From Macrostomum lignano (lineage: Eukaryota): a stretch of DNA of 64,000 bases. The DNA is taken from NCBI GenBank assembly GCA_002269645.1, contig NIVC01003797.1, positions 12,332 through 76,331 on the forward strand. Reading direction: 5' to 3'. Shown one piece after another: positions 35,390 through 48,575 of the stretch. Each line of letters opens with the position of its first letter. The first letter of the stretch is position 1. The translations under genes and the position numbers were made by a program. The notes under the pieces are model-generated. The model was not told the origin of the DNA. It saw only the letters and a list, made by a program, of their open reading frames with translations, and ran no database searches.

Positions 35390-36760
35390 GCCAGGTTGCG
35401 GATAGTATGCATATATGCCAGAAAGTTCTGGCATACAAAATGGCCACCCTAAGTCCTTGGCGTACACATTTGGCGTACACAACCCCTGGCAAACTTTGTT
35501 GGCGTAGACTATTGGCGTACATAAGTAACACAGCCACGCATACTTTTTTGGCATACAAATTTTGGTGAATAAATTCATGCCATGCTTGAAAATTGTAATG
35601 TAAATTAACGTTTTTATGTAAAGTAACAGAAAATTTGTATTGTCAGTGATAAAATTTTGCTTCTTATGAAATTAACAATGAATAAAATTAATGTAAATTT
35701 TTGCTAAGAGTATCATTTTGCATCATATTTTTTGTAGGTATAATTTAAGTTTGTTTAAATTTAAAATATTTTTAATATTTTAAAAACACTTTCATACAAA
35801 AGCTTTTCTTAGAAAACTCTATTTGTGAAATCTGTATTACCTTTTTTAGGAATTTTTGGCATACATTTTAGTGCAACATTTTGTTTTTGGTATACATTGG
35901 CATACAAAGTCCTTGATGCCCGAATTTGGTCCAGCATACACGGATACATGATCTGCACACTGGTATGCATATATGCCAGAACTTTCTAGAATATAAAATG
36001 GTAACCCTAAGTCCTTGGCAATACAACCCCTGCCCTAGCGCACCTTGTTGGCATACACTATTGGTGTACACAAGTAATCATACATGCACAACCTCCAAAA
36101 TTTGGTCGGCCATGCGACTTAGTTTTAACAAAAATATGACGTAGTTTTTGGCTAAAAATGTGACTTACATGTAAAAAACTCTAAAGCAAAATTACCGCAA
36201 CTTTGGGTAAACTGCAGGAGTAACTATGACTATCTTATTAAGCCAAAATGCCTTGTCAGCTACTTAGTACTACTACTTGAGTGTTTTTGGGTAGGCATTT
36301 TTGCAACTTCCTTGGTTGGCCGCCAAATCAGTTGGCCAGATCGGCAAGTAATCCAACCACGCATATTTTTTTGGCATACAAATTTTGGTGAATAAACTCA
36401 TGCCATGCATGAAAATTGTAATGTAAATTAACATTTTTATGTAAAGTAAAGGAAAATTGATTAGTCTAAAAAAGTCAATGATAAACTTTTTGCTTCTTAA
36501 AAATTAAAAGTAAATAAAATTAATATAAATTTTTGCTAAGAGCATCAATTTTGCATCATTATTTCTGTAGGTATAATTTAAGTTTGTTTAAAATAAAAAT
36601 ATTTGTAATATTTTTAAAAGACTTTTCATAGGCATACAAAAGCCTTTCTTAGAAAACTCTACACATAAAAACCAATTGACCTTTTTAGGAGGAAATTTTC
36701 TATTTTTGGCATACACTGGCATACATTTAGATGAGCTAGGATTCTTGTTCCAGCATACAC
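35390..36760. repeat. Tandemly duplicated AT-rich unit (A ~35390-35960, B ~35960-36760); B carries the 28S-fragment insert
   Basis: Shared blocks GTATGCATATATGCCAGAA...CCCTAAGTCCTTGGC and GGCATACAAATTTTGGTGAATAAA...CTTAGAAAACTCTA. Confidence 0.8.
36079..36344 (+). mobile_element. 28S-fragment element, copy 2 (266 bp); 28S-like core at 36205-36268
   Basis: Flanked by the perfect 8-bp direct repeat CAAGTAAT (36071-36078, 36345-36352). The paralogous empty site is at ~35519-35540. Confidence 0.75.
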
Positions 36761-39100
36761 TACTACACAATCTGCAACCTAGGTTAGGCCTAGTTAGTGT
36801 AAGGCCAAGCCAAGGTAGGGGTATAAACCAAAAAAAACTAGCATAGGCCTAAGGCTAAGCTAGAGAATGGAGAGATAGGACTCAAAATTATCAAAAAATA
36901 TTTATTTAGGCTACAGTCCTACTAATAATATCAGCTCATTTTTACCAATATTAAAATATGTAGTAGGCCTCTGAGCCTAAGAAATGAAGCCCTTATGTAT
37001 TATTAAGTACTTTAATAAAGAACCAAGTGACTTCTAGTCAAGCAAAAAAAGCAACAAAGCAATAATTAATAGGCCTAAAGCTACACTTCGTTTTTTTAAT
37101 TCTCAACATTCTTTAAAAACTAGCCAGCCAGCTTTAGCCTTTAAGTCAAAGCTCTAACCTCTAAGCCTCTAAGGATGTGCAAGAGACTAGCTAGCTCTAG
37201 TTTACTTTATCTAGCTTAGGCTAAATCTTAGAATCCGACGTAGATCGAGATTAGAAACGAGAGGAAATCTTGGCAGGACTTTAAATAAGAGCGAACAAAA
37301 ATTCTGTCCTTGGAAATTTTGCACGGAGCTAGTTTAATGTATTAAAACCCGCGCGTAATAATACGAACTTTAACCGATAAATTTGTTCGATTTTGTTATG
37401 ATTTTTACAGGAATAAGCTAAACGTTTTAATAAAATATCAAATCAAGTTTTGATTCTAAGAAAAAAAGATGCAAACAAGATGTGATCTTTTGCAAGTTGT
37501 AGATATTTTAGTTATTTTTTACTAAATTTTTACTAATAATTTATAAAATAAACAAATATATAACGACTTTCATAACATTATTTGCGTTTTCGGGACTTTA
37601 TCTGATGATATTCAAATACAAATACAAATACAAAATACAAATACTCGTAGTCCGCGTGATTTAAAATTCTCATTGAAAAAAACTGCACTTTTTGTTGTTA
37701 CTTGTCTCAACGACATGTAGGTATTTGAAACTTTCCGCTTTTTTATTAGAGCGCTGCTCAACTACACTGTGCTAGCTCCTAAATTATCTAAAAGCTATGC
37801 AAGGCCTTTGGCTAATCAAGTCAACGACGACGAAAGCAGTCTGGGGGAATCATTTACTGCTATGGACTCAATATCCAAGAATTTTTTACAATATTTGTTT
37901 TTTTAATATAAAATAATGGGAAATTTACATTGATGTACGTTCACTATTTTATGAATTTTTTTGTAAAAATATTTATATAACACCTTACATCTGGCAATCA
38001 TAAAAACTACGCTCGTATATATTTTTATTGATAACCCTGAAAACTATATTTACATAGTGGCTGTACACGGCAGTATTAATTGTACACGTAATTGATTATT
38101 TATCAGCGTTTTGTGCATGCATTTATTGCATTCTTCAACATCCTACACGCGAGTCCGTTTGAAACAATTAGAAATAAGAAAACTTACTATATGGCAAGCT
38201 AAGACTGCCTTTGTACGGACTAACTATATAGTTAGCAAAATTATTAACATGTAATTGTCATGCGTGAGCTAAAATGAAAACAAGTTGTTGCACAGTTCTA
38301 TTACATTTTTCCAACTCCAGTTAATTGAATGGTTGTGAAAAGAAATTATTATATTAGTTTTATGTGAAAGTTGTTATTGAAAATTACGCTCGTACACACA
38401 CACACACGTGCGAAATAAATGAGCTGGCATTTCAGACTTATTTTCGTCCCAATTTGCCGCAGATAATTAACAATATGACATCGCGTGCAGAAAGGCCTTT
38501 GAATGCTGAAATATATTTTTCGAGACCTGCTTGTACGCTGAGGGATTGTTTCCGTACTCGCGCCCTTCAGCAATGTACTCAGCCATTGGGAATACGGATT
38601 CAGAGAGAAAGAGAGAGAATATAGCTAACTAAATGTAAAGTGGACGTGCAGATGGAGGCTGGGAGGTACTCGGCTCCGATGGGGTGAAACAGTGTTTGGG
38701 GAGAAAGAGACATGAGCAAAAGAAAGAAAGGGAGAAAGAGATCCTGCAGAGAAAATGCACGGCAATGCATGCGAGCACTGCAGGCTTAGTTCAGTCACAA
38801 TAATCTCCATCGCCCTCGTGGGCTCACCCAAGCTCAAAACTCCAGTCGAACTTCGGAGTGAATTTCGACTGCATGCTGGGGGTGGACAACGCAAGATTAT
38901 ACCCGTCGGACTGCACCTGAGGCGATCTGGAAGCCGATTCAAGCGATTTGCACTTTTTACTATCATTCAAAGGCAGAAATTCTGTTTAAACACCCAACAC
39001 TGGCGAGGCGTTCCAGTGGCAAACTACTGGGGCTGGTATGTAAACATTTTTGCCTGCCAGCTCTGTCCGGACTGAACAGAGAGCCGACCCGAGTACCGGA

Positions 39101-42100
39101 ATGGCAACTGGCTGTTGCCAAGACGACCTCTGCCTGAGGCCTCGCCGTGGCCAGAGCCGCAACTTCACATCCATAGCAACCAACAGCTTAGCCATGTCGG
39201 TTGACCACGGCCTGGACTCTGTTGTCGGCGACTCAGTCGAGGACGATTTCGTAGAAAACGAATCGCTGCTGAATCGTCGAGCGCTCAGCGAACCAGCCGG
39301 AGACGGCGGCTCAAGTGGAGACGATGAAGACGGTGAAATATACGATGTTGGTGGGGATTTGCCTCATCAAGACGATGGCGAAGCAAGCTGGCTAAGCAGT
39401 GGTACATTCAGCAGCTCGGCAGCAGTGACAGCAGCTGCCAGTGGCTCCAGCAGCCGCTGCTTGTTTCCCATCGCGGAAGCTGACGCAGCGTCCGGCTCTT
39501 CGGGTGAGGCGCCCAGCTGCTCAGGCGACATCCCTGGCGCGGACTCACTGTCGCCGCTGTCACCGCAGGAAGACTTGGAATTCAAATATCGTCTGGTTAG
39601 CGACACCAACTCGGAAATCTTTTTTATTAGTAAGTTTCTCCTAAACTACAACTACAGACCTTAGTCCCTTATAGCTCTTACAGCCAGATGCGGTTTCAGC
39701 CGCTCCAACGGCCCGTGCGCTACTCATGCTTTAAGCCTGAAAGGTGAACCCGATCATTGACGACACCCAATAGCTTTGGAGACATATTGGGAGCTTGCTT
39801 GGCTTGGCAGCGGCAGTTGCAGTGAAAAATGGGCTTGGCTATGCAAACATTGGAAAGTTGGGAGCTCGTCTTTTTAGAATTCCTTTCGTAGTTCCAAGTC
39901 CCTGTTCTCCCCTACAGCAAAACTGATATATGCATGTAGTGCACCTTGGCCTGGGCAGGGAGACGCCCATGCAATTTCCCTTTGTCGCTTTCTCCCCTTC
40001 CAGTTCAGCTTACGGGGGGGTGGCAATAAAATGGATTGCCAGCACCAGCAGCCACTCCGAAATCAAGGGAATTAATGATCACTGTGTCCCCCAGGAGTGG
40101 GAAAAACATGCTTGTCTAACGCTGCCGGCTGTACACTGCAGAAGTCAGGTGGCATTCTAGCTCTGAGCATAGTGCCCGATGAACAATGGCTATTGGCGAA
40201 GTGTCCCCCCACCCCCGATGTGTATCTGGGCGCCTCTCAAAGCAGCTAAGCAACTACTCCATGCCGTCCCAGTGCCTTCTTCGCACCGTCCGCCTCATTT
40301 TCCCTTTCCCTCCCCAAAGCTGTCACAGTGGAATCCCGCGACCGCAGTTCTGCACTCTCTTTCTCTCCCAGTCGTTTCGGGGACAAATCAGTCTTTTTCA
40401 GCAGACTTATAAGGCAGAGCAGGGTGCGGGCCCCGGCTTAGCCAAGTTCCCACACATTATCAACGGGACCGGATAAGGCCGAGGTAAGTCCGCGACTTTT
40501 CGATTCTCGCACACAGGGATTTTGTTGCAAGTTTGAGTTAATGAAGGCTTACATTGGGAGATGACACCGTGTATAAAAAGTAACTCTCTTGTGATTAACC
40601 ACGATTGTTTACGTTGGCCATTGGTATACCTGGAGATATAAAATGCATAGCAAACTGTATATCGCCTTTCCCCAGCCCTGTCTCAACAAGAATTGGATGC
40701 GATCAAATTGCACGCTAAGGTAAACAATCCCAGAGACTACAGCGAAACAGTTCACAGAATGGCATTTTTATCGTTTCAGACTCTGCGGAGATCGACTGTA
40801 CAACTGAACAGGACGAGGAGAACATTTTGGTGAGTGCTGCAGCGTCTAACTTTGTTTCAGTGTGTTGTGTGCGCTCGTAGTAGAAAGAACGGCGTCACAG
40901 GGTGCGCCTTGAGGCCTGGGCGCGAACGAAGGCCACGATTCCGACTGAATCCGGGGCGCCGGCGTCAGCCAGGAGGCAGTCGACGAAACGTCCTCGCCGG
41001 GGTATAGGGTTGCCAGAGAGTCAGTTCACCCTGCTGTGATTGGACAGCAGCTTTGAGCTGCGATAGAACACAGGGTATAGGGTAGGAGTTGCCATTCCTC
41101 AGTCTCAGCGCTCTACCAGCTGTACACAGCCTTCGGATATGGCGCGCAATTGCTGCGGCTGAGACGTTGGCTGTAAGCATAGAGGTTTCAGAACCCGAAA
41201 TACTCTAAGGAAATAAAATCGCAACTTCTCAAACTCTATCTAAAATATTTATTTACATAGAAGTTTTAGTTAGATATTTTGGAGAAAAATCGGGACTGTG
41301 CTTCTCTACATTCTTTATATAAGCCTCATAAAAGTAACTTCTATAGGGGGCAGGTGTACTTCGACTGTATGTACAGTATTAAAGAGGCCTCATGACTTAA
41401 CTCACAGAGATTAGTCTATAGCAACAAGGCACTTAGCAATCTATTGGAATTTTTATACACGAGAAATCTAAGGGCAAAGCAAAGCAGAGCAGAAAAAAGG
41501 CAGGCAGCATTGTACGCGCAGCCAAGGTGGGACAGCACGCAATCGACATTCAGCATTCTGTTTCATCATTTCTTTTTCACGCATATGCATTGGAGCTTCC
41601 GTCTTCTGAGCTTTTTCAAAGTCCTCAATAACTTATGAGACCAATTGTAGCCGACCCGGAGGCTTGACTAAATTGGGAACAGAAATAGTCAAATCGCATT
41701 CTCATCAGATTCCGGCATGGCATTGAGTCGTTCATTAGACAGCGGAGCAGGAGAACAACTCGCTTAGACTGGCTGCATGCGCTGACCCTTGATTCAGTAC
41801 AGAACTGAATCTCCTCGTTAAGGGTAAAACAGATTAGTTGAACTTATTTATATAAAAGGAGAAACTTTAGAAGCATCTTTGTACATGTACATGCTACGCG
41901 TAGATTGAGATGAACCCAGGCGCAAAGCACTCCAGCTTCCTGAATAGTGAACTTTCTAAACACAAAATTTCTGAATAGAATCATGAATAAATTCACTTGA
42001 AGTGCCTCTAAAAGCTGTCAGTAACTTCTCAGCGCCCTCTGCAGCATATTGAACACAATCTCCTCCTGGTACCTGGTATATTGCCAGGAGCGGGCTGTGG

Positions 42101-45100
42101 AAACCACATGAAAGGGCCCAGAAAGAGAAGCCATGCAGGAAATCGGAGACAATTGAACCACGATGAAGGAAAGGCCGAGCCTGAATAAACAAAAGAGAAG
42201 CAGGCAAAGAGCACACAAAGCCAGATGATCGGCTGCTCAGCAGAAAAGACCAAGCCGGCTCCCACAGCCGCCTTCTTCCTGCACAGGAGAATTTTCACTC
42301 GCTCTATAGTTTTCATTGCTGGGCCATCCAAACAGCAGCAGCAGGCCAAAGGGATTGGGGCTGAGCAGGGATAGGGGCAAGCAGAAATAGCTCAGACTGA
42401 GTTGAGCCAGACCAGCACGGCTGGGACGGCTGGCAGCAACAGACCCCGGTTGAAGAGGGGAAACTTTTCTCCCCCAGCTCCCAGCGTAAGCGTATAAAGC
42501 AGCCCTCCAGTTAATCTTCTCCCATCTGGTAAAAAGCAGATAGCGCGCGTAACAACAGTTTTCTAAATTGCTATTGTTGCAGAGCATCGCAGATTGTGAT
42601 GCTGACGCATCAGATTTTGAGTCACCGATAGCCGAAATGCAACAGAGACGCAGGGACCGAGGCGGCATAGCCATCCGGCACCGTCTGAGCGCCATCAGCG
42701 AGGCTTCCGACGACCGAGCGACGAGTTCAGCCGATGACGAGGAGATCAACACCAGCATTGCCGAGGTGCGAGAGTTTCACGAGCAGTTCGGCCGTGACAG
42801 CGGTGGCAGGAGCAGCGCCAGCCATCGCTCCGGCAAGCGATTCGCAACGCTGATGCGACCCCAACCGGAGGGTCTGGCCGGCGAGCCGCTCACGCAGCGG
42901 GTGACTCAGCTGGATGAGCAGCGCGATTACCAGCCAGCACTGCTCGGCCTTCCAGGACTTCCAGCAGGTGAGCTGAGGTTTCATTTTGACCAGCAACTGA
43001 GAGCCAATGAAACTAAAAACTGTCGCAGACAGTCTTTTGCTTTCGTTGAATATTTTCCGCTTTCCTAGTTGCTACCTCAGCAAATATCGATTTCAGGGCT
43101 AAGCTAGTACTCACTAAGGGGTTTTCGACGTATTAATTTGCATTATTTATGCGCCCACGAGACCCCAAGTGTTCCAGGCAGTTTCGTGTGATTTACTCAG
43201 AATGTAACTGGACCAACTAGCATTACTAGACCGGCCAATTGGTGTGGGAAAGTCCAAACTAAATGCTCTCGGGGCCCAAAGTATGCGAGAAAGTTGAGCC
43301 TCACCAGCGAATTCTTCCACTCTCTTCTCTCTGCCCTCTCAGGCGGACTCGTGACCGCCGTAGCCTCGTCAAGTGCTCGAATTTTGGACTGCACTTCAGC
43401 CACCGCGCCTGCGGCTGCAGCCTCGGAGGAAGAGGTGGAGGTGCGCGTGACCGCGGAGGCCACGGGGCCCAATCCCAGCGTGGCGCTGGCCAGGGCGGCC
43501 GCCAGGGCAGCCGGAGCTGCTAGTGCGGCAGTGAAAAAGAGCCGCAGCGTTCGAAGCCATTGCGTGAACGCGTCAGAAGCGGAATCGGAGTACCGCATCT
43601 TCATATCAACTTCTTGCACACTGCGAGAGCCGCAGCGCCTAGACGGAGACGGCAAGCTGAAGAACGTAATGAGCTCCACCCAACCTCCCACAGAGGAAGA
43701 CATCGTAGAAATTTTTCAAGTGGCACCTGAGCTGCAAGAGTACCAAAGGTGGGCTGTAACTGGGGCCGGCGATGTTGAGTTCACGTTCATATCGGACAGC
43801 GAGCCTGGCTCACCGACTCCGGACGTGGAGGAAAATCCACAGCCGAGTTCGCGCTCGCAACAACAGTCAGCGCTTCTGCAGGCGACACCAGGTCAACAGC
43901 AAGAGCAGCAGCAGCAGCAGCAGAGAGGACGGTTGCCTGGTCCGAATTCGCTGCAGGCTGACCAGCGCAGGCTGCAGGCTGCTCGAGATGCCTACGCTGC
44001 CGTGAAAACGGTACCCGCGAGGCCCCGACCAAGTCTATCGCTGCCCCGTCTGAGCAATTCCGTCAGCAATGGAGCGGCTGGCGCCACTTCAGTGGTAAAT
44101 CATCAGCGTTGGAGTGACGTCAGCACGAGTTCTGGCAGCCTTCGCCAGCTTCGACGGTTACTGGGTGACGATGAGGCTGTTTACGCCTCCCATTCGATGA
44201 CGGATGGACTGGTGGTGGATCAACAGCAAAGTCGAGAGCTTCAGCAGCGCTCGCAGCCATCAGTAACTGCTCCGAAGTCGGTGTCCCTGTCTGACCTGTT
44301 GGATTCAGACGTCGGAAACAGTGGTAGCATCGATGCTGATGTGTCGCATTCATGCGCTTCTCTGTTGGAAACCGACAATATCAACACATTAACTTCTAAT
44401 GAGTCCTTGAAGCAAAGCCTTAAAAGACTAAAATTGCCCTCTAGCCGTCGGGCCGCCGCCGATCAAGCCAAAGTTAGAAGCGCCAGCTTGTTCTTTGAGT
44501 GGTTGGAGCAGAGAGCGAATTCAGAGCGCGAGCGGAGCATCTGCCGTTCTCTGACTCGACTGGAAGCTCCAGTCTGGCTGGATAACCTTGCTAAAGACGC
44601 ACCGGGACCACTAGATACGTCTCTCCGAGTCAAGGAGAACCGGAACTCATGGAGACCGTCAGCTACATCAATCGAGCCATCGTCATTGATAAAGGGCAGC
44701 GTTGATGATATTACTTGGAAAACGCGTCCGATACACGGCAGTCTCAGCTTACCAATGCGCCTGTCCAAGCAAACCAATCGAAGCTCAGATCATGGAAAAG
44801 CCAGTAGCACTGATGGAAATTTAAGGATCAAGCAGACAAGTGCAGGGACCGATCGACTCGATGGCAGCATCAGCAACCGAGCTCGCTTCTTTACAGAGAG
44901 CAGTCTCAGCCGGCAGGTGCGTCAGGCAGCGGCCGCTCAGCCAAGGCCGCCAACACTCTCAGAGCTCGCGGCCAGATTGCACCGGCCGCCACTGTTGCCC
45001 GTGACTCTGACGCCTGAAGATTTCCAACCGAAAGCTCGGGCTCAAACTATGCCTGAGGAGATTCAACCAATGAGCAGCTCCGACGCATCAGCAGGTCAAA

Positions 45101-46667
45101 AGCGGGACTCGGGCGCTTCTATGGCCTCGCTGACATCCTCGTCATCAACGACGTCGACATCCTCAAATTCTCAGTCATCGTCTGCGACGACTAGTAGCGA
45201 GACAGGAAATTCGGAAGCAGCAGAGAAGACAGAGGAGTCCACAGTAGTTCAGACGTCAATAGTGCAGGTGTACACTCGAGTCCTGCATCCCACTGTTAAT
45301 CACGGACCAGTGACGCAACACTCGGATGCCGAGCTGCTGCCGGGGCTTCTAGCGTGCCAGGTAGACCCGACGGGACCATCGACCGAGAACGATCTGATGA
45401 CGGCACCGAAGCTGTTGAAGCTTGCTGAGGCTCAGATCGAGCGTCAACGCAGCAGACTTGCCGAGTGGCAGAACGATGCCGCCGAAGGTCGACCAACAAC
45501 CGCACGTCAAGAGGAGCTGCTGGCCGTCAATGACGAAGTGCTACGCTACTTTCGTGTCAACAGCGGGGGGCCTGACCGTGCCGATCGTCGTCCGGAGTCT
45601 CCTTCGCTAGCCTACGATGACGTCTTGCAGGTGCTGGGTGACTATGAGGCCTCCAGCAAACTTTCTCGTGTCCTCGTGGCCCTCAGCGGAACTAGAGAGC
45701 GGAAGTTGCAGCAGCCTCAGAGAAGTCTGGCCGAGGCCTGCCATGGCGTGATACGAGAAGGTCAGCACTACTTATTGGAGTGCGCCAACCCGTCTTGCGC
45801 TCGTCGCTGTGACCTTGACAGACGTCTTGCTAACGGCTTCCATTCCTGTCGAGAGTGCCGCACATTTTACTGCAGCCAAAAATGCCGCTCCGATCATGCT
45901 AGAGCACATGGCCGCTCCTGCTGCTGGAATCGAAGAGTGGACGCCTGCAAGAGGGTCATCGCTGGCTGCCTTCTTGCCGACACTTCACCTGCAGTGGTGC
46001 TACTCTCGCGTCTGGCCCGCGCCTCCTCTCGGAGCTTCGGTTGGCGCGGATGTCTCCTGTTGGCACTTCGCGATTCAGCCGCGGCTGCCCGATTCGTAAC
46101 AACCGATGGCAAAGAAGGGCTGATGCGCCCTCCGGCGCTGCTCGACCTGTCAACTCTCTCCGGCGACCTGGCCGACGCGAGCAAATCCTGCAATCCGGAC
46201 GCCGCCTTTGTTGTCTGCGTTGTCGTTGGCACCGGCGTCAAGTGGGCGAAACTCCGTCTGTCGGCGAGGACAAAACAGACGCGGATACAACCGAGGAGGA
46301 CGCAGACGCGGACCGCCGGCGCCGCTGGGCCTACCTGTCGCGGGTGGAGCGATTGCTGCGCGAGCGCGGCGTCAGCCTTCGCCGCCAGTTTCCGCAGCTA
46401 CGAGAGCGGCTCGTCGCCTACGCGGAGACCGGGGCGCCGTTCCTGCCAGCCGTGGTCTACCCCACCGACAGGGCCACCGGGCGGGCGTTTGCGTGCCGCC
46501 TGGCGCCCGACCGCGAGCCGGAACTCGAATGGGTGCCTCTCGCCGTCGCCGTTGCGCCTGAGGAACCAGCAAGTTCAGTCGGCGAAGTCGTGGGCGATGC
46601 GCCACGAGCAAAGCAGCGGCAGCCGCCGTTTTATCGTCGCCGGCGGGTTGTGTCCACCGACCTGTAG
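39101..46667 (+). CDS. AJM1: Apical junction component 1-like protein (AJM1/C9orf172 family). Exons 39101(approximate start)-39629, 40780-40829, 42583-42967, 43343-46667, with an apparent frameshift near 46260-46290
   Basis: GT-AG exons with consistent phases (1,0,1). A long low-complexity region is followed by a MYND-like finger (CANPSC...SCRECRTFYCSQKCRSDHARAHGRSC), SRLARASSRSFGWRGCLLL and, in another frame, RGVSLRRQFPQLRERLVAYAETGAPFLPAVVYPTDRATGRAF, all recalling the AJM1 C-terminal domain. An acceptor at 39060 suggests a further upstream exon. Confidence 0.75.
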
Positions 46668-48575
46668 CTTACAGTTTCCTATGCAGATCATAGTTAATTA
46701 TGCTTTTGTAGAATAAAAACTCTTATTTTGCTACTATTACTAGTAGACTGGCTAGTGAAAACCGAAAATGTTTTTAGCATATATCTTGATTCTGATAAAG
46801 CAAGAAAATAATTTGAGAGTTTGATGATGAGGATAAGGGGGATGGTGACAATACCAGTCATAAAGGTCTTAGCATACTTTGTAAACAAGAGCTCTTAGAA
46901 TCTCAGAAGCATATGCTTCATTTAAGCAAGGTAGTCATAAAAATCCGTAAATATTTATATTTTTGATAGCTGCGTCAAGTTACAAAAGTTTGCTATTTTT
47001 TTCTATCGCCGGATTTAGTCTTCTGCCATTTTTCATCGATCACTGCATCCGAAAGCATGAACTGTTGTAAGATTTTTATTGTTTTCATTTCATCATCTTA
47101 TCTATATAATTTTCGAGATTCTTTTGCTATGAATAAAGTCGTTTTACCCCGCTGTGCGAAGATTAAGTTATCTAAATAACAACATCAGTAATAGCAGGTG
47201 GCTAAATCACCATTTAGATTTTCAGCTGTTACGCAACAAGAGTGTTGGCTTCATTGAAAACCGTGATATGAAGATAAATAAACTGCGTTTTAAAGGCTGG
47301 CCAATTATTCAATACAGTATATAAAAAGGTCTTTTGATTTGAAAAGCGAGTTTCCGCTCCGTAAAAATGATATCTGGTGATTAAAACAAAATGATATGAC
47401 ATTTTACCGATTAACGAGCATTGAAAACAGCCACCAGCTGGACGAGACTTTTCACAGGTTTAGAACACCCATGAGGCTCACTGTGGGGCTCACGGATATC
47501 CAGCTGGTGGCTCGCATTCTGACATATGCTACTGAAGTTCTGATAAAGACTACGCATCTTATAATCCTAGTGAAACTCTCGCGGCCAGAGACTTCTTGAT
47601 GGCACTACTATAGATAACCGCAGTATTTGTCTATCTCAAGCTCGCTGTGACTAAAAGCCTTAGCCGCTGGTAGCTGATATATTTTTGTAATTTATAAATG
47701 AGTCAGTCTGAGTTGTACAGAGCTTTTCCTGTCGAGAATTATACCCACCAGCTTGAAGTCCTGACGGCAATCCCTGAAGTTTATTCTGACCAAGCGAGTG
47801 CGCGCTAGCGCACGAGTGCACGATGTCCTTCACGCACGAGTGAACGTGAAGGAATTCCATTGTCGGATGATTCATCGTGCAGGAATGCACAAAACCGTGC
47901 AGGAATGCATTTCTGCGCCTAATGCTTTTTCAGTGAGATTTTACCATAGACATCCATTCCTGCACGCAAAAGAGTGCAAGAATGCCATTCTTGCATGGAA
48001 AATCAGCCGACAATGGCTTTGCATAGCAGTGTCAGAGTGGCAGCGATAGTCTATGGCCAGCCCTGCTGACAAAGACAGCAGAAGCGGATTTTTTCATGCT
48101 TCGGCGTGAAGGAGATCTATTAGCACCATCTAGTCAGTGAAAAAAATATAAACCAGTTTAGACTGGGCATACATTGTGTTTTGACACACTTTTTCAAACG
48201 GGCACCTTAAAATTTCAACAGTTGTGTCGGCTTTGCATCTCGATTATACTTGGCATCTTCGTAGGCTCTGTCACGAGACTGTCCTGACACCGAGTACGAA
48301 TCGTCGGGGCTTTCAATGATTTCTGCGATGACTTCTCCCAGGCTTGAGTTTAGTAATCTTCTGAATGCCCTCAGCAGTGGATGACGCTGCTGTTCCCAGC
48401 TTGCTGTCTGGTTTCTTCGCTAAAAAAAGCATCCGTAGCTCGTATCAACTTTGCTGCTCGACTTCTCAAACAGGAACAGACGCAACCCATTGCGTTTAAC
48501 TCGCTTAAATCGCCTTTGCAATGTTGGATCTGCACTCGGCTCGATCCAGGTGCAAACAAGTCTTTTCAATACGAG

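Noticed and set aside
34534-36268. Functional 28S rRNA gene or R2 insertion
   Set aside because: Only 64-bp diverged fragments are present, with no flanking rDNA or RT ORF; reported instead as a captured fragment.
47870-48000. Cluster of TEAD-like GGAATG/CATTCC motifs
   Set aside because: Short motifs within a degenerate internal repeat; the link to the neighbouring SCHIP1-like gene and Hippo signalling is unsupported.
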